DNA of 64,000 nucleotides from Vicugna vicugna (taxonomy: Eukaryota): NCBI GenBank assembly GCA_013265495.1, contig MU057651.1, positions 1 to 64,000 on the forward strand, written 5' to 3'. Shown here one piece after another: positions 27,225-40,705 of the stretch. The notes beneath the pieces were generated by a model. It searched no databases. It worked only from the letters and a program-made list of their open reading frames with translations, and was not told where the DNA came from. Position 1 is the first letter of the stretch, and the number at the start of each line of letters is the position of its first letter. Made by a program: the position numbers and the translations under genes.

Positions 27225-29450
27225 TTTTAACTTTTTATTTTGGAATAATTTTATATTTACAGCAGAGTTGCAAAGATAGTACAAGAATTCCTGCATACCT
27301 TTCATCCAGATTTCCCTAATATTAACATATTTCACCCAGTAAAATAAAAGAATTAACATTAGTTCAGTATTATTAACTAAGGTAGACACTTTATACAAAT
27401 GTCCACATGTTTTCCCCAAAGTCCTTTTTCTCATCCTAAGATTCAATCCAGAAACCCGATTGTATTTAGTCATCATGTCTCCTTATTCTGTTACATTCTC
27501 CAACAGTTGCTTATTCTTTTATCTTTCCTTAATGACCTTGACACTTTTTGAAGTTTACTGGTCAGCTACTTTGTAAGATGTCCCACAATTTGGTCTTGTC
27601 TGGTTTTTTCTTATCTTTACTGAGAATGCTACGGGATTTAGGGAAGAATACCACAGAGTTGATATCCCCTTTTCATTACTCATATCAGTGATATATCAAC
27701 ATGACTTATGAGTGGTCGTGTTAACTTTGATCTTTTAGCTAAGGTGGTGTCTGCCAAGTTTTTCTTCTGTAAGATTCTCTTTCTCCAATTCTACACTCTA
27801 TTTCTTAGAAATGAGTCACCTAGTCCATCCCACACTCAATAAAAGGAGAATTAAGCTTCATCTCTTGGAGGAATAAGTATCAAAGAATTTATGGGTATAT
27901 GTGTTTTTTTAATGGCCGTAACAATTAATTAAAATTTATAGGTGAAGTACTTTGAAGTTATGCAGATATCCTGTTTCTCCTTAAAATTTCACCCATTAAG
28001 TTTAGCATTCATCAGTGGATCCTACCTGCCGCAAAGGACTACTTTGGTGTTCTAATGATGATTTTCTATGCCCCTCATACTGTCTACGTTTATTACTTGG
28101 AATTATTCGGTAAGTTCTACCTTATTTATTTATTTAATAATTAATTTATATTAGTATGGATATTTTTATTCTTTGGTATATAATCCAATAATATTTTATT
28201 TTTCTCAAATTCATCCAGTTTTGGCTTTTAGAAACTCTTTGGTGTTGGCTCATGTCACCTTGACATGCCCAATGTATTAGGCAGACTTTTAAAGATATTC
28301 CTAAGATTCCTGTTTTTCAATAAAATGCTAATCTAGGTATTGCTGTAAGGGGATTTTCTTCAGATGTAATTTAACACTCAATCTGTTGACTTTAATATTG
28401 GGAGATTATCCTAGATTATCCTGATCTGCCAAGTAAAATCACATGCACCATTTAAGCATAGAAATTTCTCCAGCAGGTGGCAGTAGAGGAAGGCAGAAAA
28501 GAAAAAAGTGGAGATGGGGACATTCAAAGCAGGAGATGGATTCAATTTGTTATTACCAGCTTTGTAAATGGAGGTGGCCAGGAGTTAAGGAATGAAGGGG
28601 GTCTCTAGATGATGAAAACAAACCTCAGCCAACAGCCAGCAAGGAAACAGAGACCCCAGTCCTACAACTGCATGAACTGAATTCAGCCAACAACCTAAAT
28701 GAGCTTGGAAGCAGGTTCTTTCTCAGAACTTCCAGATAAGAGCCCAAACTGGTTGACACCCTGATTTCATCTTTTTGAGATGCCAAGCAAGGAACCCAGG
28801 TGAGCCCACCTGCACTTCTGTTTTAAGCCACTACCTTGGTGGTTATTTGTTATGCAGCAACAGAAAACTAATACACTTGCATATTCTTTTTAAAGCCCTT
28901 CTTTACTGTCTAGTACTACAAGATGTTCCACGTTCATTTTCTACTTTCCCTACCCTGAGCCTGGGATCAACTATTTCTCCAAGGAGTCATAGTTCCTTTT
29001 ATTAGAAAATCGCATTTAAAAACCAAGATCTGGGTCCTATGTGTGTTCCTTGCTCATGGGGCAGCATTGTGTCTAGGCCTTTTCAGGACAGAACTAGTAA
29101 ATATATGTATCTATAGTACCCTGTGTATACATACATACACATGTATGTGTTCATATTGCTATCTCTGACACTAAATCCTTTCTTCTTTGCAACATCTTTC
29201 TCTGACAGTGAGAAACTTGGCTCCCACTACCTACAATATATTAACTTCTTGGTTTGACTCTCACGTACATGCAATGTATGGCTATACAAATAAGGAATTG
29301 CTATACCATACTCTGTGAGAAACGAATATATCAACTAGAGTACAGTTGGTTTTGTGTTTAGCTTTGCAGTAACCTGTTAAAATGCCATTGTCTGAAGTTA
29401 CTTAGGTCAGCTCCATTACTCCCCACCCACTTCAGTGAAGTGATCTATAC
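27225..29450 (-). mobile_element. Old L1MC/MD 3' region with nested MLT1 LTR (~28273-28876)
   Basis: L1M 3'UTR text. MLT1 motifs acagccagcaaggaaacagagacc and ttgttatgcagcaacagaaaactaataca. Confidence 0.7.
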
Positions 29451-29454
29451 ATTT

Positions 29455-29806
29455 TGCTATGGTCTGAATCTTTCTGTCCTCCCCAAATTCATATGTTGAA
29501 ATCGTGATGCTCAATGTGATGACATTAGGAGGTACTCAGTCACAAGGGCAGAATTTTCATGAATGGAATTAGTGTCCCTATAAAAGAGAGCCCAGAGAGC
29601 TCCCTAGTCTCTTCTACCATGTGAGGAGGACACAGGCAGAAATTGGCAATCTACAACCCAGAAAATGGCCTCCATCAGAACCTGACCATGCTGGCACCCT
29701 GATCTTGGACTTTCAGCCTCCAGAACTGTGAAAAATAAATCTCTGTTGTTTATAAGCTACCCAATCTGTGGTGTTTTATTACAGTAGCTCAAATAGACGA
29801 ACTCAC
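29455..29806 (+). mobile_element. MLT1A-like MaLR LTR
   Basis: tgctatggtctgaat...gctggcaccctgatcttggactttcagcctccagaactgtg. Confidence 0.82.
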
Positions 29807-29897
29807 ATTTGTAATTCAGTTAGATACATTTTTTACAGGCTCTGCTCCTTCCTGGATTCTCTTGACTTTCTGGTTGAATTTTTAAATTGCCGTGTAT

Positions 29898-30112
29898 CAG
29901 GGTTTCTCAACTTTTGCCCTATTGCCATTTTGGGCTGAATCATTCTATGTTTGGATAACTGTCCTGTGCATTGTTGGATGTTTATCAGCATTCTGGTCTC
30001 TACCCACTAGATGCCAGTAGCACCCACCTCCACCGTGTGAGAACAAATAATGTCTACAGACATTCCTAAATGTCCTCTGATGGGCAAAATCACACCCAAC
30101 TGAGAACCACTG
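29898..30112. mobile_element. MER20 hAT DNA transposon
   Basis: cagggtttctcaac ... ctctacccactagatgccagtagcacc ... tgagaaccactg. Confidence 0.85.
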
Positions 30113-30483
30113 GCATAGGGTAAAAGTCACTCTGTGATGCATGGTTTTATGGGCTTGAACATGTACGTTAATCACTATAATAGCATATAAAAGAGTTCTA
30201 TCACCCTAAAAATTCCCTTGTGCAGACTCTGTTGTTAATCACATCCATCATCTCCAACCCCTATGAGACAGTGATCTGATTTTGATTCCATAATTTTGTC
30301 TTTTCCAGAATATCATATACATGTAATCATACAGTGTATAACTTTTAGTATCTTGCTTTATTCAACCAGCATAATGCACTTAAAATTTATCCATGTTGTT
30401 GCATAAAACACAAGTTTATTTCCTTTTATTGATGAATATTATTCCATTTTATGAATGTACCAAGATTTGGGGGCCATTTAAGA

Positions 30484-30587
30484 AATATGTGTGTATATAC
30501 ACACTTTAATGGAGTTACTGGGGATTGAACCCAGGACCTCATGCATGCTAAGCACATGGTCCACCACTGAGCTCTACCCTCTCCCCC
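30484..30587 (-). mobile_element. tRNA-derived SINE (vic-1-like)
   Basis: Reverse complement of the same SINE, flanked by tttaaga direct repeats. Confidence 0.82.
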
Positions 30588-31487
30588 TTTAAGATTGTTA
30601 TTCCACTAGTTCCAGATTCAATTTTAGCATTATTTTTTTCCCATTTCTTGGTCATTGGCTGTTTTAAGTTTTACTTTAAAACTTTAGAAAGAAGCAAGGG
30701 ATTTGAAAAACCATTCAAGTTTATGCTCCTACAAAGAGGTAACTTATCATTAACTATGGAACCATAATTCACTTCATTGTAAATGATACCTGAAAATTTT
30801 AAGGAGATCAAGAAAGAAAAAAGTTTTAATGGAGAATGTGGCTTTACTGTCACAGACATTAAGTGACTATTAAAGTAGAAACAGATATTTCTGCCATCTC
30901 ATATCCTCAACAAGCTGCATTTTTACCTGTTTGTTCCCAAATGTATGTATGTGTGCAGCACACATATGCACTTACACCAGTCCAGATGGATGCACTTTAT
31001 TAATAGTGCAAGCCTTGGCACCAAGCCTCATATAGTCTCTTACACTGCTAAACTGAGCTGGCCAATCTAATAGAACTCCTCTAAAAAATAGCATTCAGCA
31101 TTGGCTCATCTCCACAATAAAAGCGTTTATTAACTACACAATAATAGCTAGATGTAAATCATGCTTACACATGTGGATCTCCAAAATTACCGTCAATGAA
31201 GTACTTGCAATGTACCAGGTACATTAATTAGATATTCTTCTCGAATCCCTATAAAATTCTTTGAGGTGCACTATGGTTTTGCACCAATTTTACATCTAGA
31301 GAAACTTAGACATAGAGTTGTAAAAAATGTGCCCAAAGTCATACAACAATTAAGTGTGGAGCTGAATTTGAATCCAGATGTTTGACACCACCACTTGTGG
31401 TCATAGACATTAAGTTACATTGTAGACCCCTGAAATACTGGTATCCCTAACAGTTCTTTCAGACCTTGTTTTCATTCTCAAAATGTT

Positions 31488-31970
31488 TGTATTAGTTTCC
31501 TGTTGTTGTAACAAATTATCACAAATGTAGTGGTTTAAATAACAGAAATATATCCTCTTAAAGTTCTGGAGGCCAGAACCCCAACTTTTGAGTTTTACAG
31601 AGCTAAACTTAGAGTGCTGGCAGGACTGGTTCCTTCTGACGTCTCCAGAGGAGAATCCATTCCTTTCCTCTTCCAGCTTTTGTTGGCTGCCGGCAGTCCT
31701 TGGCTTGTAGTTGCACCACTATACTTTCTGTTTCCATTAGCACATCGCTTTTTCATCTTCTGAAGTCAACTCTCCCTATGCCTCCCTCTTAAAAGAACAC
31801 TTGCAGTTGCATTTTAGGGGTTACTTGAATAATCCAGGATAATCTCCCCATCTCAAGATCTTTAACTTAATCACATCAGCAAAACTCCTTTTACTATATA
31901 AGGTAAAATTCACCTGTTCCAGGGGGTTGAGACCTAGATATTTTGAGAAATATTATTCAGCCTATCACAC
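31488..31970 (-). mobile_element. MLT1B/C MaLR LTR
   Basis: tgtattagtttcc...ttctggaggccagaa...taatccaggataatctccccatctcaagatc. Confidence 0.82.
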
Positions 31971-32301
31971 TGTTCAAATAATCTTATGATTTTCATTTTC
32001 ATATAAGCATTGACTCCCAAATCTGTGTCTCTAGCCTATATATCTCTTTTGAGATCCATATTATTTTATCCAACTTACTTTTGGACTTTTCCACTTAAAG
32101 ATCCTACCTTGAACTGTTTTCTTAGTTATTCTCTCTCCACACCCAAAAATCTCTCTCTGAGGTCTATACCTAAATTAATGACACCAGGGTTCAACCACTT
32201 TCCCAAGCCAAATTTCCCTTAGTGTCCACATCCAGTCAGTAATTAAGACCTGCTGTTTATACCTTCCTTAAACTAGTGTAACAGTCTCCTTTCTGCTCTT
32301 T

Positions 32302-32781
32302 TGTGGATGAAAAATTAATCAATCAATCTAAGAAAGAAATGGAAAATTTTATCCAAGCCAAAATGAGGGTTATAACCTGGAAACAGTCTCTCAGAAATTT
32401 CCAAAAACTGTTCTGTCCATTAAAGTTCACAGCATAGTTACATAAATTCTTGAGACAGAAGGCTGTATGTAAGTTAAATGCCATATTATTGACAGTTCAG
32501 AAAATCCAGATCTAAGGGTACAAAATGAGTAGTGGATCATGGGTCATCATGGCCTCTTACAAGATTAAGAGGGAATGTTATCTTTAAAGAGTTGTCTTAT
32601 TGGTGCTAGAAGAATGCTGTGCTTTATGATTGAGCAGGTATTTTTGCCGCTAGGGAGGTTTGGTCAATGCATAACGCAGATACACAATGCACAGTAGAGG
32701 GGAGAGAAAGCCAGAGGGCAGAGAAAAAATTTTATATTGAAATTTTTCTTGTCTTGCATAAAATAACAATTTTATTTCACA
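32302..32781 (-). mobile_element. Solo ERV LTR (family unassigned)
   Basis: TG...CA termini with terminal inverted tgtggatgaaaaatt / aattttatttcaca. LTR-like content. Confidence 0.6.
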
Positions 32782-33193
32782 CTCCCCACTGGAAGAATGG
32801 CCCCTGTCTCACGAAAGGATGATTCCAAAATTCCATATAGATGTCCCATTTAATAATCCTTAAAACAGCCCTACAAAGTCAGCATATCTTTGGGAAATCC
32901 TCATTCTGCTTTTGCAGACTTCTCAAAGACAAGAAGAACCTGACATGTACAGGACATTTTCAAGTATTCTTATAACAGCTTTTAGCTGTTATTGGAGATG
33001 AACCCCACTTGTGTAATATTTAGAAACTTGGAGTAAAGTCTGGCTCTTGAGGGGGACAACTTTATGTCCCGAGAGATCTCTATAGTATAGTTCTGGTATA
33101 TTTCTAGTCTGAGCCCAGTTTCACCCTTGGCTCTTGTGTAAATACAGAATATTTCACTCTTGCTTTGGATTCTTTTGCTCTACTCCTATTCTT

Positions 33194-33281
33194 TTTTTTT
33201 TTTAATAGAGGTACTGGGGATTGAACCCAGGACCTTATGCGTGCTAAGCACATGCTCTACCACTGAGCTATACCCTCCCCC
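33194..33281 (-). mobile_element. tRNA-derived SINE (vic-1-like)
   Basis: Reverse complement of the SINE with polyT. Imperfect TSD ctactcctattctt / ctattcccattctt. Confidence 0.85.
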
Positions 33282-34091
33282 AAACTATTCCCATTCTTGC
33301 TACATCTTCACTCTCTGTTACCCTATTTCTAGCAGTCCTATGTCTCCTTCCAATCACTTTCTGAGCACTTGCTCTGGGGTTCCTGATCATTGCTTTCATC
33401 TTGCAATGGATGGTGGTTGATTAAGACAGGGCCGATGGTCCTTGTGACTCTCTTTTTTTTTGATACGTTCATTGCTGGCAAAACAGCTCACATAAGTCTT
33501 TCCAAATCAAGATCTGATACAATACTGTAGGTTCTTCTTATTAAATTACATTCTTCTTTTTGTCTTAACTCCCTAAGGTTACTCCTAGTCCACCTTAATT
33601 GGATACTTCAATGCTCTCAAGTCCCTAACTCTTTTCCTTCCTCAGAGGTCTGATCATATCCACAGAGTGTAGACATTGCTATTTTATTTTATTTTGTTTT
33701 ATTTTTAACTAAACATTCAATTTATTAAAAGGGATCTATTAGCAGGGCTGGAGGGAAAAAAGGCTAATACTGATGCAAAATAGCAAAACCTTTTTAATAC
33801 TGGGCACACAAGCAGCATCCCCAAATGCAACTGCAAGAACAGTCCTCCTGGAACAGAAAAGGACTTATGCCCCAAGGACTTATTAAACAGAATGTGGAAA
33901 AAAAAAAACAGCAAATGCAGTGAGTTAGGCAATGGCCCCATAAGATATTGCTATTTTTAACTCTCACAAAAAAGTCTTGGTGACATGTGGTGGTCTGATC
34001 CAACAAGTTGGCCTATGGAATAATTTCTTACACTATTGCAAAAGCAGAGTTCAGCCTGCAGACCCTATCTTTGTGTTCCTTTAAAGTTGTT

Positions 34092-34550
34092 TGTGTGGAC
34101 ACAGAATGTTGCCTGCCATTTCAGTAAACAAAGAATGTTGCTTCCAGCAAGCCAACAGCAGCCACCCTGCAACATTGAGTCCTGAGAGGAGTACAGGATG
34201 GAAAAAAAAACCCCAGGATATTGGCCCTTGCTAATTATGATGCATATTTAAGGAATAATTTCAATGAGCACAGGCTTCTGCGTCTTCTCATATATAGGAG
34301 AACACTAAAATCATTAACTTGAGATGTCTGGTTTTTTTTGTGATTAGCAGTATCTTTTGATGTTAGACTACATGTTTTTGTTTTTGTTTTTCAGCAAACT
34401 CTCCTATATATATAGGCTCCTCCCTTACATCTTCAGAAAGGTTCCTCAGAGCTATCTGAGAGGCTTTCCCTCAAGCTATAGTTCTCAGTGAGATCTTTGA
34501 ATAAAATAGAACTCATAACGCTCAGGTTGTGCATTTTTCTTTAGTCAACA
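34092..34550 (+). mobile_element. Solo ERV1-like LTR
   Basis: TG...CA ends, TATATATA ~34406, AATAAA at 34500, U5-like ttttctttagtcaaca. Confidence 0.65.
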
Positions 34551-34736
34551 CACTTCATGCTTGAAGATAACCAAATTTGTCAATCTTGATTCTAGATACT
34601 CTTTCAGTCACCTTTTCTTCTGGAGGACTGACCAGGTATCTCTGTCTTTCTCCCACCACCACCAACTTTTTATTTTGAAAAAATTCAAACCTACAAAATA
34701 TTTCAAGAATAGTAGAGTGAAGGTCCATATACTCTT

Positions 34737-37700
34737 TTATTTTATTTTATTAATTTATTTTATTTTTTATTGAGTTATAGTCATTTTAAAATGTTATTGT
34801 CAACTTCCAGCATAGAGCACAACTTTTCAATTATACATGAACATACATATATTCATTGTCTCATTCTTTTTCACCATGAGCTTACACAAGGTCTTGTATA
34901 TATTTCCCTGTGCTACACAGTATAATCTTGTTTATCTATTCTATATATACCTGTCAGTATCTACAAATTTTGAAATCCCAGTCTGTCCCTTCCCACCCCA
35001 ATCCCTACTGGCAACCGCAAGTTTGTATTCTATGTCTGTGAGTCTGTTTCTGTTTTGTATTTATGTTCATTTGTTGTTTTCCTTTCTTTTCTTTTCTTTT
35101 TTTAAGATTCCACATATAAGTGATCTCATATGGTATTTTTCATTCTCTTTCTGGCTTACTTCACTTAGAATGACATTCTCCAGAGGCATCCATGTTGCTG
35201 CAAATGGCGTTATGTTGTCGGTTTTTATGGCTGAATAGTATCCCATTGTATAAATATACCACCTCTTCTTTATCCAGTCATCTGTTGATGGACATTTAAG
35301 CTGCTTCCATGTCTTGGCTATTGTAAATAGTGCTGCTCTGAACACTGGGGTGCAGGTATCTTTTTGAAGTAGAGTTCCTTCTGGATATATGACCAGGAGT
35401 GGGATGACTGGGTCATATGGTAAGTCTATTGAGGAATCTCCGTACTGTTATCCACAGTGGCTGCACCAAACTGCATTCCCACCAGCAGTGAAGGAGGATT
35501 CCCTTTTCTCCACAGCCTCTCCAGCATTTGTCATTTGTGGACGTTTGAATGATGGCCATTCTGACTGGTGTGAGGTGATACCTCATTGTAGTTTTGCTTT
35601 GCATTTCTCTGATAATTAGTGATATGGAGCATTTTTTCATGTGCCTATTGATCATTTGTATGTCTTCCTTGGAGAATTGCTTGTTTAAGTCTTCTGCCCA
35701 TTTCTGGATCGGGTTGGATGTTTTTTTCTTATTAAGTCATATGAGCTGCTTATATATTCTGGAGGGTAAACCTTTGTCTATTTCATCTTTTGCAAAAATT
35801 TTCTCCCATTTCGTAGGTTGTCATTTTGTTTTGTTTATGGTTTCCTTTGCTGTGCAAAAGCTTGTAAGTTTCATTAGGTCCCATTTGTTTATTCTTGCTT
35901 TTATTTCTATTGCTTGGGTAGACTGCCCTAGGAGCACATTTTTGAGATGTATGTCAGATAATGTTTTGCCTACGTTTTCTTCTAGGAGGTTTGTTGTATC
36001 TTGTCTTATGTTTAAGTCTTTGATCCATTTTGAGTTTATTTTTGTGTATGGTGTAAGGGAGTGTTCTAGCTTCACTGATTTACATGCTGCTGTCCAGTTT
36101 TCCCAACACCATTTGCTGAAGAGACTGTCTTTATTCCATTGTATATTCTTGCCTCCTTTGTCAAAGATTAGTTGACCAAAATTTTGTGGGTTCATTTCTG
36201 GGCTCTATGTTCAGTTCCATTGGTCTATATGTGTGTTTTTGTACCAATACCATGCTGTCTTGATGACTGTAGCTCTATAGTATTGTCTGAAGTCTGGAAG
36301 AGTGATTCCTCCAGCCTCTTTCTTTCTCTTCAGTAATGCTTTGGTAATACTAGGTCTTTTGTGATTCTGAATAAATTTTATTATGATTTGTTCTAGTTCT
36401 GTGAAATATGTCCTGGGTAGTTTGATAGGGAATGCATTCAATCTGTAGATTGCCTTGGGCAGTGTGACCATTTTAACAATATTGATTCTTCCAATCCAGG
36501 AGCATGGGATATCTTTCCATTTTTTAAAGTCTTCTTTAATTTCCTTCATCAATGGCTTATAGTTCTCTGTGTATAAGTCTTTCACCTCCTTGGTTAGACT
36601 TATTCCTAGGTATTTTATTACTTTGGGTGCTGTTTTAAAGGGGATTGTTTCTTTACGTTCTTTTCCTGTTGATTCATCATTAGTGTAAAGAAATGCAACT
36701 GATTTTTGAACGTTAATCTTGTAACCTGCTACCATGCTGAATTCTTCAATTAGTTCCAGTAGTTTTTGTGTGGACCTTTTAGGGTTTTCTATATATAGTA
36801 TCATGTCATCAGCATATAGTGACACTTTTACCTCTTCTTTTCCAATTTGGATCCCTTTTATTTCTCTCTCTTGCCTGACTGCTGTGGCTAGGACTTCCAA
36901 GACTATGTTGAACAAGAGTGGTGAGAGTGGACAGCCTTCTCTTGTCCCAGATTTTAGTGGGAAGCTTTTGAGTTTTTCACCGTTGAGTACTATGCTGGCT
37001 GTAGGTTTGTCATATATAGTTTTTATTATGTTAAGATATGTTCCCTCTATACCCACTTTGGTGAGAGTTTTTATCATAAATGGGTGTTGAATTTTATCAA
37101 ATGCTTTTTCTAATCTACTGAGATGATCATGTGGTTTTTGTCCTTTCTCTTGTTGATGTGATGTATTACACTGATTGATTTGCTTATGTTGAACCACCCT
37201 TGTGTCCCTGGGATGAGCCCCACTTGATCATGATGTATAATCTTTTTTTTAATGTGCTGTTAGATTCTATTTGCTAATATGGTAAGGATTTTTGCATCTA
37301 TGTTCATCAGTGATATTGGTCTATAATTCTCTTTTTCGGTAGTGTCTTTGCCTAGTTTTGATATCAGGGTGATGGTGGCTTCATAGAATGAGTTTGGGAG
37401 TATTCCCTCCTTTTCAATCTTCTGGAAGAGTGTGAGAAGGACTGGTATGAGTTCTTCTTTGTATGTTTGGTAGAATTCCCCGGTGAAGCCGTCCAGTCCT
37501 GGACTTTTATTTGTAGGGAGATTTTTTATTGCTAATTCGATTTCATTTCTGGTGATCAGTTTGTTCAAGTGATCAGTTTCTTCTTGGTTCAGTCTTGGTG
37601 GACTGTATGTTTCCAGAAACTTGTCCATCTCCTCTAGGTTATCCATTTTGTTTCCATATAGTTGTTCATAGTAGTCTCATATGATATTCTGTATTTCTAT

Positions 37701-37911
37701 GTTATTTGTTGTAATTTCTCCATTTTCCTTTCTTATTTTGCTTATTTGTGCTCTCTCTTTTCTCTTCTTTGTGAGCTTGACCAGAGATTTGTCGATTTTA
37801 TTTACTCTTTCAAAAAACCAGCTCTTGGTTTGATTGATTTTTTCTATTTCTTTTTAATCTTTATTTTATTTATTTCCTCCCTGACTTTGATTATTTCCTT
37901 CCTTCTGCTGG

Positions 37912-37959
<48 letters not shown>

Positions 37960-38039
37960 TCTAATTCTTTTAGCTGGTGAGTTAGATTGTTCTTCATTTT
38001 TTAGGAAGGCCTGTATCGCTATAAACTTCCTTCTTAGCA
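34737..38039 (-). mobile_element. Relatively young 5'-truncated LINE-1 (ORF2 RT and C-terminal fragments plus 3'UTR), disrupted
   Basis: ORF fragments with [35 protein letters not shown] and CPSTDDWIKK. 18-bp TSD gaagg(t/c)ccatatactctt at 34719-34736 and 38040-38057. Confidence 0.95.
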
Positions 38040-38394
38040 GAAGGCCCATATACTCTTAATCACTTCATCTAAATTAGATTCACCAGTTAATATTTTGCCA
38101 TTTGCTTTCTCTCTCTTGCTATATAGTTTTCCTTTCTTTTTTCAATGCTGAACTATTTTAAAGCTAATCACAGATATCATAATACTTCAACATTTTATCT
38201 TCTAACAATAAGAACAGTCTCTTAAACAACCCCAATATCATGATCACATTCAGGAAATTTAGCATTGATATAATACTATTATCTAAACTACAGTTCTTAT
38301 TCAAATGTTATATTTAGTTGCTATTTCTTTTAGTTTCTTTTAATCTAGAACAGTTCTATAGCCTTCCTTCTTTCATGGCATTGATATTTTGGTG

Positions 38395-39015
38395 TGAATG
38401 CAGAGCAACTTAGATTCTCACACGTTGCTTATATGAGTACAAAATGGTACAACCAATTTGGAAAACTGGCAATTTCACATAAAATCAAACAATTGCCATT
38501 TCTATGCCCTGGCAATTTTACTCCTGGGTATTTACCCAAGAGAAATAAGAACATATATGCACCAAAAATTTATATAAGAAAGTTCATAGCAGCTATATTT
38601 ATAATAGATTAAAAATGGAAACAACTCAAATGTCCAAAACATATGAATAGATAAGCAAATTGTTGTATATTCACACTATGGAATGCTTGCTACATAGCAA
38701 TAATTTTAAGGAATAAACAGTCAATACACACAACTATAAGGATGAATCTTAAAAACATTATATTGAGCAAAATGAGTGAAATAAGCTAGATACAAAAGAG
38801 TACATACTGTATGATTCCATTTATCTGAAATTCTACAACAGATAAAAATAATTAAATTGATAGAAATAAGCCAAGTGGTTACTTGTGGGGAGAGGGAGGC
38901 TAGGAAGAGGACAGGAAACTTATTTGAGTAATGGAAATGTCCTATTTTACACTCATTTAATTGTATACACTTAAGATCTGTGAATTTCACTGTATATAAA
39001 GTTTACCTCAATTTT
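38395..39015 (+). mobile_element. L1ME-like 3' end
   Basis: ggatgaatcttaaaaacatt...actgtatgattccatttat. Confidence 0.7.
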
Positions 39016-40198
39016 TTAAAGTGCATAAATCAGAATTATAAGCATCATGAAGGCAGAGATTTTGTTTTGTTCACTGCTGTGTCTCAAGACCTAGCCAAGG
39101 ACCAGCGTGCTTAGCAAGAGGTCAATAAACATTGGGGAAAAAAGAAGCAGACCTTGGAAATCATTTACATCAGTGGTGTCAAATGCATAATGGAGATTTT
39201 GACCCTCAACTTTAAATATTATAAATATATATCTTGGATTTGATACTTGATATTATTAATCCACTTCCTGCGTTACTTAGAATCCTTTTGATCAATTACA
39301 AATGTTTTGAAATAAGAAAATGGATATTTCAACAAAAGTTTTCTGACTCTAAACCTTTGCTTTTTCTGTTTAATTTCTACTGCCTCCAGTTTACATGGTG
39401 AGCCTCCAGGATTAAGGAATAAACTGGCTAAAAATGATGAGTATGTGTCCAGACAGGGTTATGCCCCTTTAGTTGGATAATGTTTATCTTAGTCTAAGTG
39501 GTGAACATCAGCAAGCAGTTGAATACAGAGTCTCATGAGAAAAGTCTACAATGGATAAATTGATTTTAGCTGACATATAGTAGACATCTAGTAAATATTT
39601 GTTGAATGAATAAATAAATGAAATGTATATTTGGGAATCACTAGCAAATTCAACTGAGGGTATATGCTTCCAGTATTTTTCCATACCTGTGCATTTTTGA
39701 AGCAGAACTAGTAATCAGTTTCATAATGTTCCTTGAAAGTTATATTTATTGCTATTTTATGTTTGAAAAGTTAGTATCATTTTATGAGAGAATATTTAGA
39801 AAGTAATTATGAAATGCCACCTTGTGATCAAAGACAGAAATACAGCGTAAATTTAGTTGACAAAGGAGAGTGGTAAGGATGTAGCATTAAGGGAGGAAGC
39901 TTCTCAGCCAGGACCCACAGAGGTCTGACACTTACACCAGTCTTCTCAGAAGAGGGAACAGAAAGCAAATGAGGAACTGGAAGAGCCAGCAGCCCCTATC
40001 TCAGCTAAAGAGAAAGGAGAAACAGAACTATATTATTTTTACCTTTTTGACGTTTTTTCTAATTATAGAAACTCCATGCACTCATTAAAAAAAAAGTTAA
40101 AATTACAAATATAGAGAAGGATAAAGATGAAGTTATAAATTTCCCCTAATAGCACTATTTAGAAATATTCACTTCAAATATTTTGATGTTTATCCTTA

Positions 40199-40201
<3 letters not shown>

Positions 40202-40238
<37 letters not shown>
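40202..40238. repeat. (TG)n microsatellite
   Basis: Seen directly. Confidence 0.95.
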
Positions 40239-40241
<3 letters not shown>

Positions 40242-40658
40242 GCAGCTGGCTTTTCCATGAGACAGTATGTAAGAATCAACTTTCTATGACAATGATATAT
40301 TTCTAGATTAAATTTTGTAATTGATGACAGTAAGATTTTCCTCATAATTTCAAATTTTCTGGGAAATAACTAAATAAAATGGAATTGTGGAGGGAAATTT
40401 TTTTTCTCATCCTGCAACACAGAAATGGCATCAGAGTCCACAAATTATGTAAATGTATATGGAATTCAATTATTTCCTTTGTAATCCCAAATGAATCCCA
40501 AACAATTATTTCATTTAGTTTATGTACTATTTGTTTCTTTTAGGCAACGGAGAAGGTTGGATGAAAGGAACGAGCATAGACTTTTGCTTTAGAAGGGTGG
40601 TGCAGAGTCAAGGAAATACAGACTTTTTGGGTTCTTATTTGAGTGTCAACATCAACTG

Positions 40659-40705
40659 ATGATAACGATGATGATGATGGTGGTGGTGGTGGTGGTGATG
40701 ATGAC
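40659..40705. repeat. Compound (GAT)n(GGT)n trinucleotide repeat
   Basis: Seen directly. Confidence 0.85.

Noticed and set aside
36211..37646. Reverse transcriptase as an active or novel system
   Set aside because: Ordinary 5'-truncated, frameshifted LINE-1 ORF2.
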